This document shows, piece by piece, positions 30,671 through 40,862 of a stretch of 64,000 nucleotides of DNA (position 1 is its first letter; each line of letters starts with the position of its first letter). The notes below the pieces were generated by a model, which was given only the letters and a program-made list of their open reading frames with translations, did no database searches and was not told the DNA's origin. The stretch covers positions 124,001 to 188,000 of the forward strand of contig NIVC01000926.1 of the NCBI GenBank assembly GCA_002269645.1, given 5' to 3'. Source of the stretch: Macrostomum lignano (Eukaryota). The position numbers and the translations under genes are program-made.

Positions 30671-32276
30671 ATGAGCAATCAATTAGTGTTTGAAGGAGGA
30701 TTATTAGATGTTCAAAAAGGATTAACAAGCTTACCACCAATCTTTACTACTGGAAGGTATACAGGTGAGTTACACATCCCAGGGTATTCGTACGCAGGTT
30801 AACCCGCGGCCTAAGTGGTAGAAGCAAAGCTACTGCTAGTCACTATTTGTGGCGACATCTTCAAATTGCGTGAAACCCGTCATACAGCTTCAAGTACCAC
30901 TTCAATTGAGAAATCTTTTGAAGGAACAGAGGTAACTCCTCTTCCCAATCGGACTTCGTCCGCGAACCTATGGTTCGAAGGTAACAAGCTTGAAGACACG
31001 GTGGCAATGCGCAGCCAAGCTCCTAAGTCGGCAGATATGGAGAAGGTTCAGAGAGCAGACGGAGGTGGGCGGTAATTTATCCGCTTAAGGTGTGCTCCAG
31101 CCTATTTCGAAAGATTTAGGGTAAACTACCGGGCACTCGGCTGGATTTGAGATTAAATCCTGACAATACTCCAAAAGCCGATTCAATTCCCATTAACGGT
31201 ATTGATTGGTTAGCATATTATCATGACTTAGCATACAGAGATGCTGATAAGAACTCACCCGAGGAAGCATTAAGATTAAAACATGAAGCCGATAGAAAAA
31301 TGATTCAAGGATTGGATAATTTGCAGGGGCTGTCAGTAAGCCAAAGATTAACTAGGTGGATGGTTAAAAAAATCTTGCAATCTAAAGTTAAATTTGGTTT
31401 GGGAATTAATTACAATCAACATGGAAATAATTGTGTTGAGTGTTTGCTATTAAGTGGTGGTGGGTTAAGTTCTGATGAGGCAAAGATTCTTCATAAAGAA
31501 TATCGAAAACCTAAATTTTATAGAAAAATCATGAACTTCAAAAAGAATGAAATTTGGTATGCTGATTTAATGTTAATGCCAATCGATAAAGGATATAAAT
31601 ATATCTTAACCATATTAGATGGTTTTACTCGATATGCGTGGGCTGTTCCTTTAAAATCCAAAAAGGAGAGGAGGTTGCTGGTGCTTTTAGAAGTCTTGGA
31701 GAAAAAAGTGAAAGGTTGTGTGTTGATGAAGGAAAAGAATTTTACAATCCTCATATGTATAAATTATATCATTTTGAAAAAGGACAAGAAAGGATAAAAG
31801 ACGCGAATGGGGAGTATATTAATAAAATTTATTCTATTTATGGAGAAAGTAAAAACGCATTAATAGAAAAATTTAATCGAACTTTAGGTAAGAAATTGTG
31901 GTTTCAGTTTAGTCTTAATGGAAATCAAAAGTGGGTAAAAATATTACCAGACGTCGTGAAAGATTATAATAGTTCATATCATTCGGCTATAAAGATGACT
32001 CCTCAACAAGCTTATAACAGTCCTGAAAAAGTTAAAGTTACTTTTGGAGAATTTGAAAAAAAGAAAACTAAAGGTTTTAAGGTTGGTGATTCTGTTTATA
32101 TCTATAAATGGAAAGATAAGTTTGAAAAGGGAAGAAAAGGATATTGGAAAATAAGTGAGAAATTTACTATCAGTAAAGTTTTAAATACAAATCCTACAAC
32201 CTATATAATTGCTGATAAGGATGGTGAAGAAATATTGGGTTCGTTTTATGAGAACCAGATAATATCTGCGAACTAA
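30671..32276 (+). pseudogene. Parvovirus-like phospholipase A2 (PLA2X) fused to a retroviral-type integrase; contains a group I intron and a frameshift at about 31660
   Basis: Exon 1 (30671-30799, 43 codons) ends GYSYAG. Exon 2 (from 31129) starts PGTRL...INGIDWLAYYHDLAY...HEAD and reads through into the integrase: WYAD, ILDGFTRYAWAVPL, VDEGKEF, IEKFNRTL, YNSSYHSAIKMTP. Confidence 0.9.
30800..31128 (+). ncRNA. Group I self-splicing intron, IC1-like (329 nt, no internal ORF)
   Basis: P AAATTGCGTG, Q AATGCGCAGC, R GTTCAGAGAGCA, S AAGGTGTGCTCC. Helices: P3 CATCTTC/GGAGGTG; P4 TGCGTG/TGCGCA; P6 GCC/GGT; P6a CTCC/GGAG; P7 G-(A)-GAGCA/TGCTCC; P8 GGCGG/CCGCT; P9 with a GAAA loop. The 5' exon ends in U, and removal restores YAG-PGT in frame. 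Confidence 0.92.
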
Positions 32277-32286
32277 ATTCGAACAG

Positions 32287-32496
32287 TTACTTAAGACAAC
32301 AGGGTAGTAAATTTTTTATAACAAACAAAAACAATATTATTACTATTATTGTTACTAATATAATTATTGACATTTGTTCAACAGTGATTAGACTTAAATT
32401 TTCATTAAGTTCATTAACCGGGACGTAATTTACCTTCATTTTTTTATATATATTTTTAATAATAAATGTCGTTTCTGTTATAGAATAATAGTTCAT
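32287..32496 (-). CDS. Small single-pass membrane protein
   Basis: 69 aa, hydrophobic stretch IIILVTIIVIILFLFVI, TAAAAAATG start. Confidence 0.6.
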   Translation of the reverse strand: MNYYSITETTFIIKNIYKKMKVNYVPVNELNENLSLITVEQMSIIILVTIIVIILFLFVIKNLLPCCLK

Positions 32497-32499
32497 TTT

Positions 32500-32730
32500 T
32501 TAAATATTTTTTTCACAATTTAAACATTGTGCTAAAAGAAGAATTTGCTCCCCCTTATCCCAAATATAATCTAATTCATCAATTTCAAGCGGATATATCT
32601 TTATATCTGGAAATATATATACTTCATCTAGTATTTCATCCTTTATTAATTTTTTTATTGAATCAAGTGCATTAAATATTGTTTGAGTTGATTCAACTAT
32701 TGAAAATTGGGGTCTGTTAAATAATTCCAT
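32500..32730 (-). CDS. Small acidic protein, paralog of 32734-33048
   Basis: Shares DEVY...YPLE(I/L)DE....GE.I..L with its neighbour. Confidence 0.65.
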   Translation of the reverse strand: MELFNRPQFSIVESTQTIFNALDSIKKLIKDEILDEVYIFPDIKIYPLEIDELDYIWDKGEQILLLAQCLNCEKNI

Positions 32731-32733
32731 TTT

Positions 32734-33048
32734 TTACATAAAAATTTCAATTTCATTCTCAGAATCACTAGTTTCATATGAGCTATTTGTTGATTCGGAA
32801 TCGTCTGAATGAACCTCCCAATCATCTGAATTTAAATAATCTCCAAGTTGAAATATTAACTCGCCCTCTTGTTCTAAATCATACATCTCATCCAACTCTA
32901 ATGGATAAAGTTTTAGGTCATACTTGTCGTCATATTTTAAATAAACTTCATCAATTATTCCGTTCAAAATATGCTGTTTTATTATCTCTGCATTTTTAGC
33001 AACAGTCTCAAAAGTATCACTAACAGAAAAGGTGTAAACTCTGTTCAT
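32734..33048 (-). CDS. Small acidic protein whose start codon lies inside the right TIR
   Basis: 104 aa; the ATG at 33046-33048 is the innermost part of the TIR. Confidence 0.65.
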   Translation of the reverse strand: MNRVYTFSVSDTFETVAKNAEIIKQHILNGIIDEVYLKYDDKYDLKLYPLELDEMYDLEQEGELIFQLGDYLNSDDWEVHSDDSESTNSSYETSDSENEIEIFM

Positions 33049-33385
33049 TTTTAGTAACAGAAAAAGACCCTTTGCGCCTGCGGCGCGGCCTGGGGTTATA
33101 GAGTGTTTGTGTATGTAGTAGTATGTAAAAAGACGAGTACAGATCAGCCCTTTTTTAAAAAGACCGTTTTAAGGTTCTAGAGGGGGGACACGAGGGGGAT
33201 AATTCGAAGTGTTGGGGGTGGTTTTTATTGATTTTTGGTATTAGGGGGTGTTGTAGGGTGTTTTTGTGTTGGAGGGTGTTTAGATGTGTTTTTTTATTTC
33301 CCCCTCGTGTCCCCCCTCTAGACCCTTAAAACGGTCTTTTTAAAAAGGGGCTTCTGGGTTTGTACTCGTCTTTTTACATACTACT
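33045..33385 (-). repeat. Right TIR (341 bp) containing a palindrome
   Basis: Arms 33117-33198 and 33300-33385 pair around a G/T-rich loop. Confidence 0.93.
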
Positions 33386-34821
33386 GGTGTAGATAGGAAT
33401 TGATGTACGGAAACTGGATGGTCGTTCGTAAGTATCTGGAGTATTGAGTATTCTTCAGGGCAGTCCGAACCTAAAAAGTTCGTTTTGAAAGGGGGGGGGG
33501 TCTAAATAATTATGACACCACCTCGTGCTGTCTACTATCTACCTATGTACCTGTTTGCTCCACTTTGTGTATTACTAAAAAATTAACCGTTCCAAACTGT
33601 GGCGGATCTAGAATTTCATTCTGGGGGGCGGTCCAAGTTCCAACGTTAAACATGCTAACGCAAAATGAACACAACCAACGAATTTACATTAAAATTAGAA
33701 CAGCAGGCGTTAAGTCTACAAAAACTCTTAACAATTTCGTAAATTAACGTTTAACGCTCATACACGGATTAACCACTTGAGTTATTTAAACAGAAACTGT
33801 CATTGCCCACCTCGTTATTTGATGGAAATCCATCGCAAGTGGTTACTACCAGAGTAAACGCCACAAAAGCAGCAACCACGACGGTTACTTTCCGCATTGC
33901 TCGAAGGTCTACAATACATTTTCCGAGGACATACACTGAATATTACGCAAGTAGCTAGTACAAATAGTTCCACTCAATATTTTCCAGATAACTCTGGACG
34001 CTGAATAGCAGTTGGAAGTCGAGCAATAAATCAAGGAAAGATAAATAATCTCGTTTTTAATTCTAAGCATCGTGTACTTGTTTTTCCTACCTGAATTGAC
34101 GGTTGTGACTCGATGATTGTCGCTCCAACCAAGTAGTGACGTTGCTATAGAAAAAAGTTAATTCTACCAGATTTTTTTTCCTTTAGCTAGTAATGCTGAT
34201 TAATAGAAATTTGGCTGTCGATGCTTGAAGACGAAAAAACAATAGCGAAGGAACACACTGGAGTGGGTACTATGCTTATATAAGTTATCAAAGAAGCCCA
34301 AAAACTTCTCGGACATGTGACTGTACATTAGGCCAAAACCCCCACTACTTCGAAAAATCGATTAATGGGGGTACAGTCTGACCAGAAGTGGGGTCGGTAT
34401 GCAGGGGCGGCGTGGCGTTGCAATGCTATTTGACAGAAAAGACGGATATTTTCTCATTTAGGTTGTACAGTAAGAGAAGTGATTACCATAGACTATCTTG
34501 AATTTTTTACTGTACAAGATGTAACTCGTGAGCTAAAAATGCGAAACGTAGATATCGGCGAAAATAAAACACTAGCAAGAGTCTATTTAAGCCCTGGATG
34601 TATTTTCTGGAACTCTAACAACATACTGGCGAAGCCAGCTTAACGTGTTTGCCTCCTTCATCCACACATGTTAGCAAACGTATATTTACTTGTTTTCATT
34701 AGTTTCCGGCCCGAACTTAGTTAAACAATATATATGTAGATAGGGCCTAAACAATGTTTTGCCTTCCTGCGTAAAATTTATGAGCAAGATAAATAATGTT
34801 TAATGGTGTATATAATAATGG

Positions 34822-35340
34822 TGTAAAATTTCATGTTAAATAGTCAAGCCAGAGTGAGCGAACTCGAATATCGATCTGCCTTATAAAATCACATGTATTT
34901 TAAATAGCAGCACATCGAAAAATCGGTGCCATTTCGAGCCAGAGTGACAGATCGAGCTGAAACTGTACATTTATCGGTTTCTGGTTTGCACTTTTTAGTG
35001 TGTAAAATTTCATGTTGAATGGTCAAGCCAAATTGGGCGAACTCGAATATCGATCTGCCTCACATGTATTTTAAATAGCAGCACATCGAAAATCGGTGCC
35101 ATTTCGAGCCAGAGTGACGGATCGAGCTGAAACTGCATATTTATCGGTTTCTTAGTTGCACTTTTTAATGTGTAAAATTTCATGTTGAATGGTCAAGCCA
35201 AGGTGAGCGAACTCGAATATCGATCTCTCTATAAAATCGCATGTATTTTTAATGGGAGCACATCGAAAATCGGTGCCATTTCGAGTCAGAGGGACGGATC
35301 GAGCTGAAACTTTATTTTTGCAATGTTCTAACTTGCACTT
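34822..35340. repeat. Tandem repeat of about 175 bp, 3 copies
   Basis: TGTAAAATTTCATGTT(A/G)AAT(A/G)GTCAAGCC...GAACTCGAATATCGATC...GATCGAGCTGAAACT recurs at about 34822, 35001 and 35171. Confidence 0.9.
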
Positions 35341-35589
35341 TTTTTCCTGTCAAACGGCGTTCTAAAATATTTTTGCAGAGCAGAGATTTTGTTAATTTTC
35401 GAATATCAATCTGAATATCGATCGGGGGCCTTTTCATATTGCTTGCTCCGGTTCCAAAACCAGAACCAATTTGTGAAGTATAACTTTTTGTCTCCATAAC
35501 TAGAGGGAGATACGTGCTATAAAGTTTTTATTATTGAATGAGAATCGCCAAGAAGAAAGTGAAAAATTGTGCTAAGTTAGGTTGTTAAG

Positions 35590-36090
35590 GCAGTCAAATA
35601 TTAACAGAGTTTAATAGTTATACTGCTGTTTTTCTTGGAATTCCGAACCGATTCTGGTTCTGGAATTGGTAATATTGAGGTGGGGGTGGAGAAAAAAAAA
35701 TAGAATTGAGGTGGTTCGGGTTTTCTTCGAAACCGGTTATTAGCGTTGCGTTCGCACGAATCAAGCCAGAAATCGCACAGACGAATCACAACGAAATTCT
35801 TCTCCTGTTTTGCTCCGACAGCCGGGGTCCTCAAGTTCCGGGGGGAGGGTAGTCGTAATTGTAGCGGAGCGGTCGTGTAGCGGCGAGGTCGTTCAAATCG
35901 ATGAAACACCGTAGTCGGAGATTCCTGACTCCGTAAAGTAATGCGTCGAATAGCTGAGTTTGTTACTTTCAGTAGGGTAGTTGCTGCCACCACCGTAATT
36001 TACGTATTACGGAACGGATAAGTCTCCGTTAAGAACGGATAATTTACTGTTAATCGGGTAAACTAATCCGTTCCCGCTTGTATTAGTTAT
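35590..36090 (-). repeat. Fragment of an LTR-retrotransposon-related repeat (PBS-like site plus leader)
   Basis: Near-identical to 42260-42455 and similar to 58565-58925; the minus strand has TGGTGGCAGC after a CCGTAA/TTACGG hairpin. Confidence 0.6.
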
Positions 36091-38413
36091 GCAAAGCTTT
36101 TTGTACATGTAGCTCGAAGATAAGATGAAAAAATAAATTCGCTGGACGACGATACGGAAGCTGAAACTGTTTTTCTGCTACATGTACGAGCGTACAGGCA
36201 GCTATAGCTGAGCTGATGGCAATTACAATGAATCAGATATTTCTGTTATAAGTTACATTACACGTACTATTAATTATGAGCTTAGTTTCCAGTTTGCTGA
36301 AGGCGCCGAATAACTTTATATTTTGATTTTGATTTTGATGGTCGGGTGAAAAACGTCTTCATACATGTATAATATGGTTGCCCGTTATAGTTAGCTACTA
36401 CTGACAGTAAGGTCCTAAAGAGTATTCGTTTGAAAGCATCAATATAACCCACTGGAAAATCACACCCGATTACTCAATTAGTTGTAGAATACAGTTGGGT
36501 TCACGGAAAGACACGATTTTTCCATGGAATCGTTCTGGAATTCTATAGAATTCTATAGAATATTTGTTCCTATTGGTTGAAGCGCGGCCAATTGAGAGAA
36601 CACTGACAGCCTCCCCCACCAAACCGCAACAGAGAAAGAATGACACGGTGGGGTGACAGTTGACAGTCAAAAGGTGTGTGTATACTGTAAACTCCATGCA
36701 CTAATATTTTTCCTATATTTCCTATCCTTCTAACCAATTACAGCATTAAGTCTGTCTTTCAAAGCAATATAAACCACTTCCTTTATATTTGTAAGGGTGC
36801 TTTCGTGATCTTCTAAGTGCAGTAGAGCATCCATTCGTTCATTTCTATAAAATAGAATTTCTCATTCTCAATTAAAAATGAGTACTGGTACTGGTCCTCG
36901 TCGTTCGTCACGTCATCCCGAAACGCTGCCTTCGAATATCTGGAAAGCGGATTAATCTAGAGACACGATTCTTTCTGCGGGTGATACCGACTGGCACACT
37001 CTAATGATGTGTAGAATCCCAAAGCTGAGGCTACTGATACAGCTTGGCAATTCCTGATTGATTTTCCCGGATTTGCCCATTTGCCCGGAATTCCTGCTAC
37101 TTGCATGTGCGACGCTTCTGCTCATCTGAGCCTCTTTATAACACCCCAGTGAACTCTTTCCAAACCAACATGATTTCTGTTGTGAGCAGCCTGTCAGATA
37201 CCCGTTGCATACTAGGCATTGATGAACTTCACTGCAAAGCGCTTGTTTTCGCTCTAAATGGCAAGTTGGTTGCCTTTCCACTGTTGCACACTATAGGATG
37301 CGAATAATTATTTACGGCGCCTCAATTTATTCCCCGCTTTTGTAATTTACCGTGTAGCTCGCTGTTCTTCGAATTCATTAGTTTTTTTTCTGTTTTTTGT
37401 ATTCAATAGAAAAAAAACAATAATTTTGTGCAGCTGGTTTTTTTCATATTCATGAAATGAATGAATTTATTTGTACCATGTTACCTCCTAGTTTATAGAA
37501 GCAAAGCAATGCCAAAGCGCATATTGTTTTACCAAAAGCAAGTTCATTGATCGACGAGAATATTTCCTGGTCAGAAGGTTGATAAAAGATAGTAAGATCT
37601 GTTCTTATCAAGAAGCTATATTGAAGCATCGTGGGAATTGCAGCCAAGCATATGCTATAGCATTATTCTATACTAGCTCTGTACAACATATATAGCGTAT
37701 GCTTGCTTTCGGGTTAACTGAGAATGAATTTAGTCCCCCACCCCCAACTTAGGGACATTTTAAAGCAAAACACAAAGAACAAAGAAGCACGGAACAAAGA
37801 ATTCTTGAGCCAACTTCAATGAATGATATTCTTACAAGGTGCATTTTAGGTGCAAATAAAGTGACACTATATGGAATCGGTGAGAGAAAAACAGCCTGCC
37901 TGAACCGGCTGAACGTGAACTTTTCCAAAAATAAAAGACCCCCCATAATCCAGTAAACAGACGCTCTGATACGAGCGTACGCGTTGATTGCTGTAGAATT
38001 TTTTGATCCTGATATTTTAAATCATCTTGTAGTAAGTAAAATTGGCATATACGGGCGTATTAACACATTTATTTTTTATCTGTCTATTCTGTTATTCTGC
38101 TGTGCCACTGCTCAAAAGTGTGCAATATCCAGTGGCTAACACGCGAGAAGTTGAAATCCTCTTCCCAATCAATCCATTAGTTTCATATTTTCTCCTGCGC
38201 TTCTTGTCAGTTTCTCCACTTAGCTTTTTAGTTTGTATTTATTTGCTTTATAAATTTTAATTAACCTAAGGTAGCATAAATTTCTACATTGAAATAAAAT
38301 TTCGAATCGTGCATTTTAAATCTGCAACAGACAGGCACGAATCTTTTCTTGCCCAACTGGATTTCACGAGTTGTTTGTTGTTGGACACATTATGAAATCA
38401 AATATAATCATAA

Positions 38414-38629
38414 CAGTGGTGGGTCTAGGGTCTAGAATTTCATTTAAGGGGGCGGTCCAAGTTTGGGGCGCCAACATAAATATCAGGGGCGCCAATTTTT
38501 AAGCTAGGGGGCGCAGAAATCAAGTTAAAGGGCTCCCCCAAAAAACTTAGGTCTTGGGGGAAGCAATATTTTTTATCAAGCTGTTTTTGGGGGGGGGGGG
38601 GCGGCCGCCCTTGAATAGATCCGCCCCTG
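38414..38629. mobile_element. hAT-type MITE (216 bp)
   Basis: Imperfect TIRs CAGTGGTGGGTCT / AGATCCGCCCCTG; 8-bp TSD AATCATAA/AATCATAG; a related end fragment lies near 33595-33640. Confidence 0.75.
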
Positions 38630-39086
38630 AATCATAGTTATATTTGTAAAATGCTGCAGTTTATAAATAGCTCATAAGGGTCTAAAATGAAAAAGCTGCA
38701 ATTAAAAAAAATAATTTTGTTAAGTGTAAAAACTTAAAGTATGGAACTGGGAATTTTGGATTGGTAAAGCTGGAAGCGTGGGCCGCATGAACACTATTGC
38801 GCCTCCCGTGAGTTCAGATGTTGGCGCGTCCAATGCCGTGCGACTTCACAGTCTACTAAATTTTAAAGTAACATTCAGCTCAGCTGCTTCTCATTGGGTC
38901 GTGCGGGGAAATTTTTTAAACCTCCTTCCTGTATGCAAAAATTTCAAACCAATCGGAAGATCTGAACCATGAAACCTATTCTAACATTTGTTTTTTATTT
39001 CCGTTTCATTCCCTATCGCAAAGATTTGCATGTATCACGACTGATTATATGCTTTAAGATCGTATTTAGCACAACTTTGAGACAGC

Positions 39087-40862
39087 ATGTCATCGGACAA
39101 CAGGTTTGTCTTGGTTCTTTTTGAAGACGATAGTGTAGAAATCGTCCTAAAAGAATGGTTTGAAAGCGGAACTTCTGTGCACTGGCCCCCTGCAGCAGAG
39201 TACAATCAAGCCATCAAAGGCCACAGGACACCGAATGAGAACTGGGCTGTGGAAACCGTTGAAGTTGTCGGATCTCGAGGTAAGACAAGGGTCCATTCCA
39301 TTTAATTACTCAACAATTCTTTCTTGGGCAATCGCATCTCACACCAGGGAAAATGCCTTTTAATTTTAAACTTCAGCCACTCTCCCAGAGGCCGTTAAAC
39401 TACGACGGCGCTTTCTGAGCAAAGGGACAGTGGAAACAAGCGACTCTGATGCTCCTCGTCTTCGAAAGACAGTCAGTCGCTTCATCAATGAAGCTGTGGA
39501 AGCTGGGAGCTCGCGTGTTGGCAGACAAAGTCGACGAGTGGCCCGACCTCTAGATTCACCCCCACCAACGCTTCATGCCCTTGCGTCTCCACCTCCGCCG
39601 CTCGAAACGTTTCGGCAAGCTGCACAGCAGGATAATTCTGCTGGGACAGCCCCGATGCTGAGCACCCCGACTATTGCATCAACACCAGCCGTCCAGTCCA
39701 AGTCTCAAGCTTGCCAAAGGAAGGGCTTGCAGGCATCAACCTAAGTATCACCAACTTGAGTTCACAAGTCGAGAAGCTCACTGCAGCCGTTGAGCGACTG
39801 GAGAGTGAGTCTGCATAATTTTCAAACTCGAAACGCTTAAATTTCTGAGGACAGTTGTGACAGACAATTGAATGAGATAATCCATTGAGATAGAGTAGTC
39901 TAGCAGTGTAAATTTAAATTTAAATGTAGTATAAACGAACGTAATATATAGCTTTGAAAAACCCAAAATGGCAAAGGCTTAATTTTTAACAGAGAGATGT
40001 GACTAAAATACTTATTGACAGGTGTGATTCGCGCACAGCATACTTCAGTGAAAAGTTCTTTGGTTGACCTTCAGAACAAGTTGGTGGCTCGCACATCTGG
40101 TGGACCTTCAGAAGATGACGGTGACTTACACAGTCTGTTCGATGGACTGCCATATACAGAGTTCGTTGCCTTACAAAACTGGGTGGCGGCTCTTCAGTCT
40201 GATCGAAAGGCTGCCAAACACGCTGTAAGCTGCCAATGTTGCTATCATTTGAATGCATAGTATATCAGGCGAAAAAATCACAGAGGTACGCTCGTAATTA
40301 ATTTAACTACTTTTTCTCGTCCATTCAAGGTGTCGCACTTTCGCTCACTTGGAGGGAGACGACTCAATCATCTAGTCTTTAATATACTGCGGCTTCTGAT
40401 GACCGATGAACTGGCGGCTCAGATGAGCCTTCGTGGAGCAACCCGCCAAGGCAAATCAAAAAAGAGTTTTTCGAGTCTCGGACTGCTGCCGATCATTGCT
40501 AGTAAGTACATGAGTAGTGCATATAATATCTAAACCACTAAGTAGGCAGTAAAATCGAAGATTGCAACAGTTAATGAAACGGTTTTTAATAAGGTTATGG
40601 ACATGGAAAAATACAAATTATCAATTTATACTTTTTTGCTTCAGATGCAGCAGGAGGCATTTTCAAGGACGCAACTGCAGTTTCGGTGGGCCTAGCCGTG
40701 GCCGAACATTTGAGGCACGCCGGCACTCGAGTGAAGAAGCAGAGCCAGGCTTCACAGCAGCTCGCGATGGCAGCTGGAGCTGTCGCATCTTCTTCAGAAG
40801 AGTCGATGGAGGCTGATGATGAAGACGACTTTGACTTATTGGATCAAATTTACTCAAACTAA
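39087..40862 (+). pseudogene. Spliced DUF4806 (BEN-like) gene of the kind carried by DNA transposons; probable frameshift near 39720
   Basis: Exon 1 FVLVLFEDDSVEIVLKEWF...WPP...P.ENW; in-phase GT-AG intron 39280-39376; later exons SLGGRRLNHLVFNILRLLMTDELAAQMSLRG...KKSFSSL and EHLRHAGTR...YSN*. Confidence 0.7.

Larger units (their letters stand above)
20785..30693 (+). pseudogene. HNH endonuclease split by the 9336-bp insertion (parts 20785-21242 and 30579-30693)
   Basis: LHIDHLIP...HWTNKRYLTS joins in frame to VDNRYKKVKQ...ISV* across the empty site, completing the H-N-N motif; also YLGCT..F..WL. Confidence 0.85.
4159..33385. mobile_element. Full-length Maverick/Polinton (adintovirus-like endogenous virus), decayed
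   Basis: Termini AGTAGTATGTAAAAAGACGAG... and ...CTCGTCTTTTTACATACTACT; identical 6-bp TSD GGTGTA at 4153-4158 and 33386-33391; pPolB, integrase, protease, ATPase, MCP and penton genes inside. Confidence 0.97.

Noticed and set aside
30815-31075. 86-aa ORF inside the intron as a homing endonuclease
   Set aside because: GTG start, no His-Cys, LAGLIDADG, GIY-YIG or HNH motif, and it overlaps the ribozyme core.
30798-31119. Spliceosomal intron (GCAG|GT...TTTAG|G) in PLA2
   Set aside because: Splicing at these sites yields GGG TAA, an immediate stop.
30799-31125. piggyBac MITE reading of the PLA2 insertion (TTAACCC...GGGTAA)
   Set aside because: No extended TIR, no second TTAA, excision would not restore the frame, and the interior is a full group I core.
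36950-37310. P-element/THAP9 transposase gene
   Set aside because: Only one short DE-containing motif and no continuous frame; too weak to list as a feature.
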